Shown in pieces: positions 22,604-35,000 of a DNA stretch of 64,000 nt. Position 1 is the first letter of the stretch. The number at the start of each line of letters is the position of its first letter. Origin of the DNA: Macrostomum hystrix. Lineage: Eukaryota; Animalia; Platyhelminthes. A program made the translations under genes and the position numbers. The notes below the pieces were generated by a model. That model made no database searches. It was not told where the DNA came from and was given only the letters and a program-made list of their open reading frames with translations. The stretch is taken from contig CATNEN010000033.1 in the NCBI GenBank assembly GCA_950097015.1, positions 4,526,001 to 4,590,000 of the forward strand. Direction: 5' to 3'.

Positions 22604-25439
22604 TTGGACGTTGAGATCTTAGGTCAATAAAAGGGGCAGCAACCTGTACAAATGAACTAGACAGAAAACGGAGCTCAATGACAATGGCTGAGAGTACAAT
22701 TTGATGGTTTTAAATTCTTAGAAACAAGCACGACACATGATTTTGAATTTCGTGCGAGAGTTCAAATTAAAAACGAGACTGGAAAAATTATTGCAATGTA
22801 AGTGTTCAAGGCATTTGCTTATTATCAATAAGCATCATATTATACTCTTATGAGAAACATAATAGAATAAACTTTTTGGAACAAACGCCGGTACAGCTAA
22901 GACGTCATCGTATTCGTACCATCTAATAACAAATTGATCGAAATGAAAGATGGAAATTAAATATGACAGGAGAAAGATTGAATTGCATATGGTAACCGTC
23001 TACTCCTATTGGTCCTTGAATGGCAAGATGCAAAGCATCCCAAAAATGCTTAGTTCTCCTTTACAATAAAATTTTTTTTCTAAGAAAAGACTATTCCGTA
23101 TGAGGATATATTTCTACGATTAAACAATCGGACAGATTAAAGTTTAAGATCAGATCAGAAAATACGAGTAAAACACCAGAACATGGTGTCTTGGGCACAA
23201 CAGAAATATTAAAAGCATCAACAGCAGCGATGTTCAGACCCTCCATAACTGGCTAAATTCCTACAATCGTGGCGGCCAACCATTTCTACCGCTCAAGTTA
23301 AGCCCGCAATATCAAGATGCAGTTAGATGCATATCAATTAGTAAATAATTTACTGGTAATTTTGCTTGTCAATCAATAGTTGCTGTAAATCGTGAATATA
23401 CGACTCTTATTTGCTAATTGTATTGCATAATTAATTTTATTGCATAAAACAGGAAGTACCCTTATGCAGTAAGCCAATGCAGGGACTGTGGGGTATTCTA
23501 AATCTGAGCAGGCTGCAACGGTCGGAACTGTATATATCTCATTAATAATTCAATCTTGCATTGTAGCTAATAGCCATTAGCTACAGGCAAGTTTTGTTCA
23601 AGAATTGGGCCGAACAACTTAACGCGTTTAACATAATGCTCACGCATGAGTTTGCTCATCCCCAGGCTCTGCATTCCGCTGAAACTGTTACCAAACCTCC
23701 AACACACATTGCGATGCAAGCCAGACAGCCAGCTGCTAGAGTGCAGTCGGGGTTAAAGTGTTTGATTGAGAGAGCGAACAGGGTAAGAAAAGTGAAAGTG
23801 TGATGAACCCGGGCCAGCGCATGCAGCGGATTTGAGCCGCAGTTGGGCCACGGTGAAGTGACATGACTTAAGCGGCGGGTCTACGGAGGATGATATCGAT
23901 TGACTTTTTCCTCCTTCTGCAGGCAGCACGCAAAAACTGCCGCTATAAGAGCCAGAGAGAAAAAGTGTATTCTGGAGGAAGCCCCGGCGGTTTAGAGCTC
24001 AGCAAAGAGCTTGCAGCCAGCTGCACTGGCAACAGAGAAGGCGATGAGGCCCTGAGCAGCAGCAGGCCCTGCTCTGAGCTGCTATAGAGATCATTAAATG
24101 AGCTGCCGCGGAGTAGAGAATTGATTCTCAGCAGCTGCTGTTGAGGAGGGAGGAACCGTTTCCAAGTTGGACTGAACCGGCGGCTTAGAGACAGCGGACT
24201 CTGCAGGAGTCGCACCAGTATCTTTGGTGTCTGCGCGTCATCGTTGTATAGTTGTTTGTCATTTGTTTGGGTTGATTTTCTTGAAATTGGTTTGGCACAC
24301 TTTGGCTTAGGCACTAAAAAGCCAAAGAGTAACCTCGTGAGCTTATGTTGCCTGCTTGCATTTTAGCTGGCCTATTTTGTGTCAGAACAGAGTTTAGACT
24401 CAGATTGACGCTCGTGACTAGATGGGCCCGCTCTTGCACCTGCTAATTAACTAAACATCTCCTGCCATTGAATAGAAAAGCTAGAAAGGCGTGGAAGCGA
24501 GATAGAGGGAGAGGAGGAGGAAGATGGGGGAATCGAAGAAGGAGGCGAGCGGGAAGCAAGACAGATGACGCTGGCGTGTTTCGCGTTGTTTCACTCAATT
24601 TGTCTCAGCATCTGTCCCAAACCCCTTACCTGCAGTCACTTTACCCTGCTTTGCCTTTCTCTGCCAATCGATCTACAATGCATGCATTTGCGGAGCGGCC
24701 TGTTTGCATTGCGTGAGTGCGGCAATAGGATGAGTGAGATTGAGTGACTGACTGGCTTCGAGAATGAGTGATGGAGTTAGCAGGTCTGTGTTTCGTGGCG
24801 CTGTTCCTGTCCGATGAGAACGGTAATAATCGTAAATCGCAGTTTTTGTTTCAAAACTAGAAAACCAAAGTCAAACCAGTTATTCGCGACAAATTAAATC
24901 TCATCAATTCAGCCGCCAGTGAAATCCTGACCAGACTAAACTGTGTTAGTGCTGACAAGTCCAGTCAGCTGAATGGCGCCTGCTCCCACAGATTCGAGGG
25001 TCGAACCAACTCGAAGCGCCAATTGACTCCGCGTTGCAAGTAGGCCCGCAATGTCGAATTGAATTCCTCGGACCGACCCGAGCGGTAGCAAGAGCTGGCG
25101 ACCTGTGGACTTGGCAAACTCAATTACACAAAGCGACCAAATGAGAGGCCGATTGAGAGTGTTTGAGTGTTCGCTATTGTTGCTAAGTGGCTCGGGTGGG
25201 TCTTCAGGCCTCAATTGATTATTATACTGCTGACCCTGGCAGTTTGGTCGCTGAGCACAGAACTCCCACTGGGACTCTGGAACCCCAAACTCATGAACCA
25301 ATCTTTTCCATTCCATGCAGCCAATTTTCGATTTAGATTAGAATTTAGAATTTCTTGTAACTGCCAGATTACTTTGCTTACTCTTAATGTTTGTAATGTA
25401 TAGTCTACTCTACTGTTGATAGCACCGCTGTCTTCACCT

Positions 25440-26150
25440 GTGCCTCACAATTGGCACCTCTGACAGTTGACACCTCTGTCTCACAGTTGACACCTCTGTC
25501 TCACAGTCGACACCTCTGTCTCACAGTTGACACCACAATCGACACCTCTGTCTCACAGTTGACACCACAATCGACACCTCTGTCTCACAGTTGACACCAC
25601 AATCGACACCGCTGTCTCACAGTTGACACCTCTGTCTCACAGTTGACACCTCTGTCTCACAGTTGACACCTCTGTCTCACAGTCGACACCTCTGTCCCAC
25701 AGTTGACACCTCTGTCTCACAGTTGACACCACAATCGACACCTCTGTCTCACAGTTGACACCACAATCGACACCTCTGTCTCACAGTTGACACCACAATC
25801 GACACCTCTGTCTCACAGTTGACACCACAATCTACACCTCTGTCTCACAGTTGACACCTCTGTCTCACAGTTGACACCTCTGTCTCACAGTTGACACCTC
25901 TGTCTCACAGTTGACACCACAATCGACACCTCTGTCTCACAGTTGACACCACAATCGACACCTCTGTCTCACAGTTGACACCTCTGTCTCACAGTTGACA
26001 CCTCTGTCTCACAGTTGACACCTCTGTCTCACAGTCGACACCTCTGTCCCACAGTTGACACCTCTGTCTCACAGTTGACACCTCTGTCTCACAGCTGACA
26101 CCTCAGACAGTTGACACCCCTCTGTCTCATAGTTGATACACCTCTCTGTG
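25440..26150. repeat. Compound 20/32-bp minisatellite (ACAGTTGACACCTCTGTCTC with CACAATCGACAC inserts)
   Basis: Directly visible. Confidence 0.96.
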
Positions 26151-27123
26151 TCTGACAACTTGGCTATATTGACTACCTCTGACATCATTCGTGCTCACAA
26201 ATAAAATCACTTGGAATTCATGACGTACGCCCTGGCCAAACTTGTCTCTCCGTTCTGTCCCAAGCCCAGGTGACATTCAGCTTCAGCTGCGTGACCCGCC
26301 CGCCAGCTTGCATCAAAAGAGCGACCGGAGGAGGCAGCAGCTTTCCGGACAAGTGCTCAGCCACCGCAGGACAACCAGGACTGGAATTCAACCAGATCTA
26401 GCTTGACAATAATCATTGTTAGCTCCTGGCCTGCTGAGAGGGGCGCGGCCGGGCCCTCTGACTGACTGCCGTGACCAAATTTCATAAGAATTGAGCTTCC
26501 GGAAGAGGGAAGAGGCAGAACAGACAGGGCTGCTCCTGCTGCTAGTCGGCCGCATTCTCCACATTAATCAGATTGCTTCCACCTGGACGCCTCCCCCACC
26601 TATCCAGGCACCCTCTTGGGCACCTCTGTGCGGTGACGTAACACACTGAGCCAGCCCGCACCCCATTGGTCCCCGAGTCCACCAACTGCTTTCATTCCAA
26701 AACCAAAGAGGCTTCCCAATGAGCTCATTCTACTCACCCTACTGCTCAGGGCCTTCATCGACTCGTGTGAGATCGACAGATTCGCTGTGATTCCCGAGAT
26801 TACTCAGCCGAGACACCCCGAGGGCCGCCCCCAGCCGCTTGAGCACAGGCAGCATGGAGCAGGAAACACCGGCCCAGAATGCTAATCGGGACCCTGGGAT
26901 TCGGTTTGTAAGTTTCTCCCGGGAGCCTTAGGGCCGGCCAGCCAGGGCTTTTAATCAGCCAGGGCTGCCCCATTTGTTAATCTCCTGGCTCACGGCACCG
27001 CGAACTTCCTTCCCCCCATGACTCCTTCTCCCTTTACTCTTTCCTTGCATAGCTTCTTCCAACTCGCGACCGCAACTCCTAACAGGATGAGGAGGCCAAC
27101 TCGATTAGTTAGGGATTTGTTCT

Positions 27124-27180
27124 ACTGCCGCTGCTGCCGCTGCTGCCGCTGCTGCCGCTGCTGCCGCTGCTGCCGCTGCT
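27124..27180. repeat. (CTGCCGCTG)n short tandem repeat
   Basis: Directly visible. Confidence 0.9.
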
Positions 27181-28509
27181 ATTGTGCGCGCGCCTTGCCT
27201 AATACAAAATGCTTGGTTGCATCACAATGAAATTTCCTACGGTGTGCAGTGTGTAAAATCAGTGGAATGCTAGTCAAGAATTAGATACTTCAGTAGCTTG
27301 ATTTGATGAGATCGTGCAGTTAGTTTGTTCAGCCATAGATACTTCAACCTAAAATGTTTTATTATTAATATACCCTCCGATATACTCTCTCATCCTCTCA
27401 TCCTCCCCTTCTCACGCTCCACTCCTCACCCTCCCCTTCTCACCCTCCGCTTCTCATCTCCACTTCTCACCGTCCCCTTCTCCCCTCCATTTCTCACCTT
27501 CCCCTTGTCACGCTCCGCTTCTCACCCTCCCCTTCTCACCCTTCTTCTCAACCCATCTTTCTCAACCTGTCGTTTTCAACTTCTCCTTGATAGTCTGTCA
27601 TTCTCAATATGATCTATTTGTGAGCATTTTCCACAAATTTCCTCCTTAACTTTAGCCGCACTTGGCTGTGCTTTTACGCCCTCCTCTTGTGCCGAATCAC
27701 TTTGGCCCCTTCAATTATGCCAGGCCCTTTAATTAGTGCCAACGGATTTCAGGAAATACAAGAGAAAGCTTTGAACTTCAGCAGCAGAAATAACCAAACA
27801 GTCGAATCTTTCAGTAAGGTGACAGGAGAGATTGCAGGGCCGATAGCCTTATGTCCCCCAGCTCATCCGCAAAGTTTGCTGCTGTCGGACAAGTTCCGTC
27901 CATTACCGCCAGCAGCTAGCAACGGAAGCTGCTTCAGGCAAAGTTTCAGGACAATTTCCAAGCAGCTGGCATTTACGCTGTATGATCCCAGGAAATTCGG
28001 CGCAAAGCTCAGATCCGCACAGAGGTTACTGCAGCTGTGTCTGCTGCTGCTTGCTTCCACGTTAATTCGAATGCGTATCACTCTAATACAATGTCACTTT
28101 CATGGAATGTCAGTTTGATCTATGTTGAGGAGTTTTGTGTGGAGGAATTTAGGATCGCGTAGTCGCCATGGGATAATCTCAGCGGTTCCAAGTTCCCCAT
28201 CATAGCTCTGGCAACACTGACTGTCTGATTGGCAGCTAAGTATCCGGGATCTGTTTCAGCTCAAGTCACGCAGGATGAATTAGTAATGAGTCTCCCTGAG
28301 TCTCGGATTGAGTTTTTATGGCTGTGGCCAGTGCTAGTTTGGGCTTGCTAGACTACAAGTCAATAAAACTGCAAGCTTTATGGACACTCTCTACAGGCAT
28401 TGCTTGAAATGCCGAACACCCGTTTGCTGGTCTGCCTCTTTTGGTATCTTTTTGATTTCAGCCATCGAACTTTTCTTCAACTCAGAATGTGAATCTGCAT
28501 GAGAATGGG

Positions 28510-31500
28510 AACTGACCGAGTGACTGTAGAGTGACAGTGGGAACTGACCGAGTGACTGTAGAGTGACAGTGGGAACTGACCGAGTGACTGTAGAGTGACA
28601 GTGTGGACTGATCGAGTGACTGTAGAGTGACAGTGTGGACTGCACGAGTGACTGTAGAGTGACAGTGTGGACTGAACGAGTGACTGTAGAGTGACAGTGT
28701 GGACTGAACGAGTGACTGTAGAGTGACAGTGTGGACTGAACGAGTGACTGTAGAGTGACAGTGTGGACTGAACGAGTGACTGTAGAGTGACAGTGTGGAC
28801 TGACCGAGTGACTGTAGAGTGACAGTGTGGACTGAACGAGTGACTGTAGAGTGACAGTGTGGACTGAACGAGTGACTGTAGAGTAACAGTGTGAGCTGAC
28901 CGAGTGACAGTAGAGTGACAGTGTGGACTGAACGAGTGACTGTAGAGTGACAGTGTGGACTGATCGAGTGACTGTAGAGTGACAGTGTGGACTGAACGAG
29001 TGACTGTAGAGTGACAGTGTGAGCTGACCGAGTGACTGTAGAGTGACAGTGTGGACTGAACGAGTGACTGTAGAGTGACAGTGTGGACTGATCGAGTGAC
29101 TGTAGAGTGACAGTGTGGACTGATCGAGTGACTGTAGAGTGACAGTGTGGACTGATCGAGTGACCGTAGAGTGACAGTGTGAGCTGACCGAGTGACTGTA
29201 GAGTGACAGTGGGAACTGACCGAGTGACTGTAGAGTGACAGTGTGGACTGAACGAGTGACTGTAGAGTGACAGTGTGGACTGAACGAGTGACTGTAGAGT
29301 GACAGTGTGGACTGAACGAGTGACTGTTGAGTGACAGTGTGAGCTGACCGAGTGACTGTAGAGTGACAGTGTGGACTGAACGAGTGACTGTAGAGTGACA
29401 GTGTGGACTGAACGAGTGACTGTAGAGTGACAGTGTGAGCTGACCGAGTGACTGTAGAGTGACAGTGTGGACTGAACGAGTGACTGTAGAGTGACGGTGT
29501 GGACTGCACGAGTGACTGTAGAGTGACAGTGTGGACTGAACGAGTGACTGTAGAGTGACAGTGTGGACTGAACGAGTGACTGTAGAGTGACAGTGTGGAC
29601 TGAACGAGTGACTGTAGAGTGACAGTGTGGACTGAACGAGTGACTGTAGAGTGACAGTGTGGACTGACCGAGTGACTGTAGAGTGACAGTGTGGACTGAA
29701 CGAGTGACTGTAGAGTGACAGTGTGGACTGAACGAGTGACTGTAGAGTAACAGTGTGAGCTGACCGAGTGACAGTAGAGTGACAGTGTGGACTGAACGAG
29801 TGACTGTAGAGTGACAGTGTGGACTGATCGAGTGACTGTAGAGTGACAGTGTGGACTGATCGAGTGACTGTAGAGTGACAGTGTGGACTGAACGAGTGAC
29901 TGTAGAGTAACAGTGTGAGCTGACCGAGTGACTGTAGAGTGACAGTGTGGACTGAACGAGTGACTGTAGATTGACAGTGTGGACTGATCGAGTGACTGTA
30001 GAGTGACAGTGTGGACTGATCGAGTGACCGTAGAGTGACAGTGTGAGCTGACCGAGTGACTGTAGAGTGACAGTGGGAACTGACCGAGTGACTGTAGAGT
30101 GACAGTGTGGACTGAACGAGTGACTGTTGAGTGACAGTGTGGACTGAACGAGTGACTGTTGAGTGACAGTGTGAGCTGACCGAGTGACTGTAGAGTGACA
30201 GTGTGGACTGAACGAGTGACTGTAGAGTGACAGTGTGGACTGAACGAGTGACTGTAGAGTGACAGTGTGAGCTGACCGAGTGACTGTAGAGTGACAGTGT
30301 GGACTGATCGAGTGCTGTAGAGTGACAGTGTGGACTGAACGAGTGACTGTAGAGTGACAGTGTGGACTGAACGAGTGACTGTAGAGTAACAGTGTGAGCT
30401 GACCGAGTGACTGTAGAGTGACAGTGTGGACTGAACGAGTGACTGTAGATTGACAGTGTGGACTGATCGAGTGACCGTAGAGTGACAGTGTGAGCTGACC
30501 GAGTGACTGTAGAGTGACAGTGGGAACTGACCGAGTGACTGTTGAGTGACAGTGTGAGCTGACCGAGTGACTGTAGAGTGACAGTGTGGACTGAACGAGT
30601 GACTGTAGAGTGACAGTGTGGACTGAACGAGTGACTGTAGAGTGACAGTGTGAGCTGACCGAGTGACTGTAGAGTGACAGTGTGGACTGAACGAGTGACT
30701 GTAGAGTGACAGTGTGAGCTGACCGAGTGACTGTAGAGTGACAGTGTGGACTGATCGAGTGCTGTAGAGTGACAGTGTGGACTGAACGAGTGACTGTAGA
30801 GTGACAGTGTGGACTGAACGAGTGACTGTAGAGTAACAGTGTGAGCTGACCGAGTGACTGTAGAGTGACAGTGTGGACTGAACGAGTGACTGTAGATTGA
30901 CAGTGTGGACTGATCGAGTGACTGTAGAGTGACAGTGTGGACTGATCGAGTGACCGTAGAGTGACAGTGTGAGCTGACCGAGTGACTGTAGAGTGACAGT
31001 GGGAACTGACCGAGTGACTGTAGAGTGACAGTGTGGACTGAACGAGTGACTGTAGAGTGACAGTGTGGACTGAACGAGTGACTGTAGAGTGACAGTGTGG
31101 ACTGAACGAGTGACTGTAGAGTGACAGTGTGGACTGAACGAGTGACTGTAGAGTGACAGTGTGGACTGACCGAGTGACTGTAGAGTGACAGTGTGGACTG
31201 AACGAGTGACTGTAGAGTGACAGTGTGGACTGAACGAGTGACTGTAGAGTGACAGTGTGGACTGAACGAGTGACTGTAGAGTAACAGTGTGGACTGACCG
31301 AGTGACAGTAGAGTGACAGTGTGGACTGAACGAGTGACTGTAGAGTGACAGTGTGGACTGATCGAGTGACTGTAGAGTGACAGTGTGGACTGATCGAGTG
31401 ACTGTAGAGTGACAGTGTGGACTGAACGAGTGACTGTAGAGTGACAGTGTGGACTGAACGAGTGACTGTAGATTGACAGTGTGGACTGATCGAGTGACTG

Positions 31501-31975
31501 TAGAGTGACAGTGTGGACTGATCGAGTGACTGTAGAGTGACAGTGTGAGCTGACCGAGTGACTGTAGAGTGACAGTGTGAGCTGACCGAGTGACTGTAGA
31601 GTGACAGTGTGGACTGAACGAGTGACTGTAGAGTGACAGTGTGAGCTGACCGAGTGACTGTAGAGTGACAGTGTGGACTGAACGAGTGACTGTTGAGTGA
31701 CAGTGTGGACTGAACGAGTGACTGTTGAGTGACAGTGTGAGCTGACCGAGTGACTGTAGAGTGACAGTATGGACTGAACGAGTGACTGCTGAGTGACAGT
31801 GTGGACTGAACGAGTGACTGTAGAGTGACAGTGTGAGCTGACCGAGTGACTGTAGAGTGACAGTGTGGACTGAACGAGTGACTGTAGAGTGACAGTGTGA
31901 GCTGACCGAGTGACTGTAGAGTGACAGTGTGAGCTGACCGAGTGACTGTAGAGTGACAGTGTGAGCTGACCGAGT
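28510..31975. repeat. 32-bp minisatellite, ~108 copies (GAGTGACTGTAGAGTGACAGTGTGGACTGAAC)
   Basis: Period 32; the translated pseudo-ORFs repeat every 32 aa (3 units). Confidence 0.98.
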
Positions 31976-32001
31976 GCCCGATGACGCAACGTTTCCATAA
32001 T

Positions 32002-35000
32002 TCAAGTCCCATCAAAGCTTCGAAGTTCTGCACTCGCTGAGAGAATTCCCCTGAGCGCTGGGGAGCTGACGGAGCTGTCCTGTCGAAATGGCAAAATTGA
32101 GTGTAGGCGAGTCTGCGGAGTCCTTGTTGCCCGCTCCTCAGAAGCGATAAGTGGGGTTAATGAGGATGAGGCAGGGCGGCAAACGCCAGCTTCTCTATCC
32201 ATTTTTCGGTCGATTAGCCGGGTGAGGGTGGCCGCGGGGGCCACCAGCGATCTCTCGGCTGGGTGGGCACAGGGGGGTCACTGGGGTGGGGCAGCCTTCC
32301 CATCGAGAATCAATTTACGATATGCGAGAGGGCAGCTTGCCGGAAAATGCAATCGACCCGGCGACTGGCCAGCCGTGCCCAGCGACTAGACTCGACTAGA
32401 ATATCTCACCCAGCAGGGCTCTTGGAAACTGTTGCTAGGGGAAGGCCGTGATTCGAACGGTAGACAGTAAGGCATTGTCATCAAGGTCATTTCGTTAGCA
32501 GTTGTTAGCAGATAGGCAAGCTGGTGCACACACAGCAGATAGGCAAGCTGACACAAACAGCAGATAGGCAAGCTGGTGCACACAGCAGATAGGCAAGCTG
32601 ACACAAACAGCAGATAGGCAAGCTGGTGCACACAGCAGATAGGCAAGCTGGTGCACACACAGCAGATAGGCAAGCTGGTGCACACACAGCAGATAGGCAA
32701 GCTGGTGCACACACAGCAGATAGGCAAGCTGGTGCACACACAGCAGATAGGCAAGCTGACACAAACAGCAGATAGGCAAGCTGACACAAACAGCAGATAG
32801 GCAAGCTGGTGCACACACAGCAGATAGGCAAGCTGGTGCACACACAGCAGATAGCAAGCTGGTGCACACAGCAGATAGGCAAGCTGATACACACACAGCA
32901 GATAGGCAAGCTGATACACACACAGCAGATAGGCAAGCTGATACACACACAGCAGATAGGCAAGCTGGTGCACACACAGCAGATAGGCAAGCTGATACAC
33001 ACACAGCAGATAGGCAAGCTGATACACACACAGCAGATAGGCAAGCTGGTGCACACACAGCAGATAGGCAAGCTGATACACACAGCAGATAGGCAAGCTG
33101 GTGCACACACAGCAGATAGGCAAGCTGATACACACAGCAGATAGGCAAGCTGGTGCACACACAGCAGATAGGCAAGCTGGTGCACACACAGCAGATAGGC
33201 AAGCTGATACACACACAGCAGATAGGCAAGCTGATACACACACAGCAGATAGGCAAGCTGATACACACACAGCAGATAGGCAAGCTGGTGCACACACAGC
33301 AGATAGGCAAGCTGACACAAACAGCAGATAGGCAAGCTGACACAAACAGCAGATAGGCAAGCTGGTGCACACAGCAGATAGGCAAGCTGACACAAACAGC
33401 AGATAGGCAAGCTGGTGCACACAGCAGATAGGCAAGCTGGTGCACACACAGCAGATAGGCAAGCTGGTGCACACACAGCAGATAGGCAAGCTGATACACA
33501 CACAGCAGATAGGCAAGCTGATACACACACAACAGATAGGCAAGCTGATACACACACAGCAGATAGGCAAGCTGATACACACACAGCAGATAGGCAAGCT
33601 GATACACACACAGCAGATAGGCAAGCTGATACACACACAGCAGATAGGCAAGCTGATACACACACAGCAGATAGGCAAGCTGATACACACACAGCAGATA
33701 GGCAAGCTGGTGCACACACAGCAGATAGGCAAGCTGATACACACACAGCAGATAGGCAAGCTGATACACACACAGCAGATAGGCAAGCTGATACACACAC
33801 AGCAGATAGGCAAGCTGGTGCACACACAGCAGATAGGCAAGCTGATACACACACAGCAGATAGCAAGCTGGTGCACACAGCAGATAGGCAAGCTGATTCT
33901 CACATTTGTAAACCAATAATCTCCGAGTCGATTGCTAAAGCTCAAAACTGGCTGACTGAAGGCGAGTGAATTACGCGTTCCCATTGGTCTAAAAATTAGT
34001 CCAATGGGAGATGCCCTGGCTCGCTCCCGCGGAACCCACTGACCAGGGCTGCATATGAAGCACAGCTCCTTGGCCAGCCGCCGCCCTCATTCCATAGCTC
34101 GCTATGCAAGCCGTCAGCTCCAGGGCCGCAGCCACTGCCCTCTCAGAGCTCTCTAACAGCCATGCAATGCCGCAGCCTCTGTTGCCTTCGGCTGTTGCAG
34201 CCGTCGCAGTCTGCCTGTGCCTGCTGCCGCAGCTGCTCCCAACCGGCTCAGCGGCGGCCGCGCCCGCCGGTTTGACGTTGAAAGCGCTGAGCCCGGAGGA
34301 GCGCGACTTCCTGGCCAGGGACATCCACGTGAAGGCCTACCAGCTGAGCGAGTCGGAGAGCCGACACTCGGTCACTGTGAGCCAGCGAGCCCTGCTCGAG
34401 AACCGACGATCGCTGGCTGCGCTCCGGCAGATGTTCGGCGAACACCGGCGACCCCTGCTGAGGCGATTTCTGCGCAGTCTGCAGCAGCTGCGGTGACGTG
34501 CATTGAGTTTGCATTGACAGCGGGTCAGATCATTCAGTTTGATGCATGCGCTGTAAATACTGAGGCGGACTGTAACTTCCAATGCGACTGCTTTGCAAAG
34601 CAATTAAAGTGCACACACAATGGTCAGCGAATCAGCAATCTCACAGTCAGGTTATCTAGTACGCGTATCAACACCAAACACTGCACAGATTTTTTCAGCT
34701 CGCTGTTACTGCTTTTTCATTTCTGTCCTAATCGACTCGTGGGATTGTGGGAATACTTGCAAATGGATGCAAATAGCTGTTCATCAGCTAGACTAGCCTC
34801 TTATTAACTGGCAGGCAGCGGTGCAGATAAAACTAGAGCTTTGACGAATTGCATTTATGGCCAGTTGTCAGTCAGTTCATGGCAGATGGGAAATTAGTGC
34901 TAAAATTTTATCCCCAGCTAGGCGGCCTTCGTTGACCCGGAAAGTAGTGAAAAAAATTGTAACTCATTGATTGAATTGACCGTCGGACTAGAAATTTGGT

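Noticed and set aside
23890-25403. Short ORFs at 23943-24314 and 24936-25316
   Set aside because: Possibly exons, but I found no recognisable motif and could not build a phase-consistent model.
26850-28300. Possible first exon MEQETPAQNANRDPGIRF|GTAAGT (+) and ORFs at 27687-28118
   Set aside because: No convincing downstream exon chain or homology.
28391-32033. Three ~1200-aa ORFs
   Set aside because: They are translations of a 32-bp minisatellite; all three frames give the same rotating peptide.
32386-33984. Cys-rich and HTQQIGKLI / HTADRQAD ORFs
   Set aside because: Artefacts of the 25/27-bp array, which has frameshifting unit variants.
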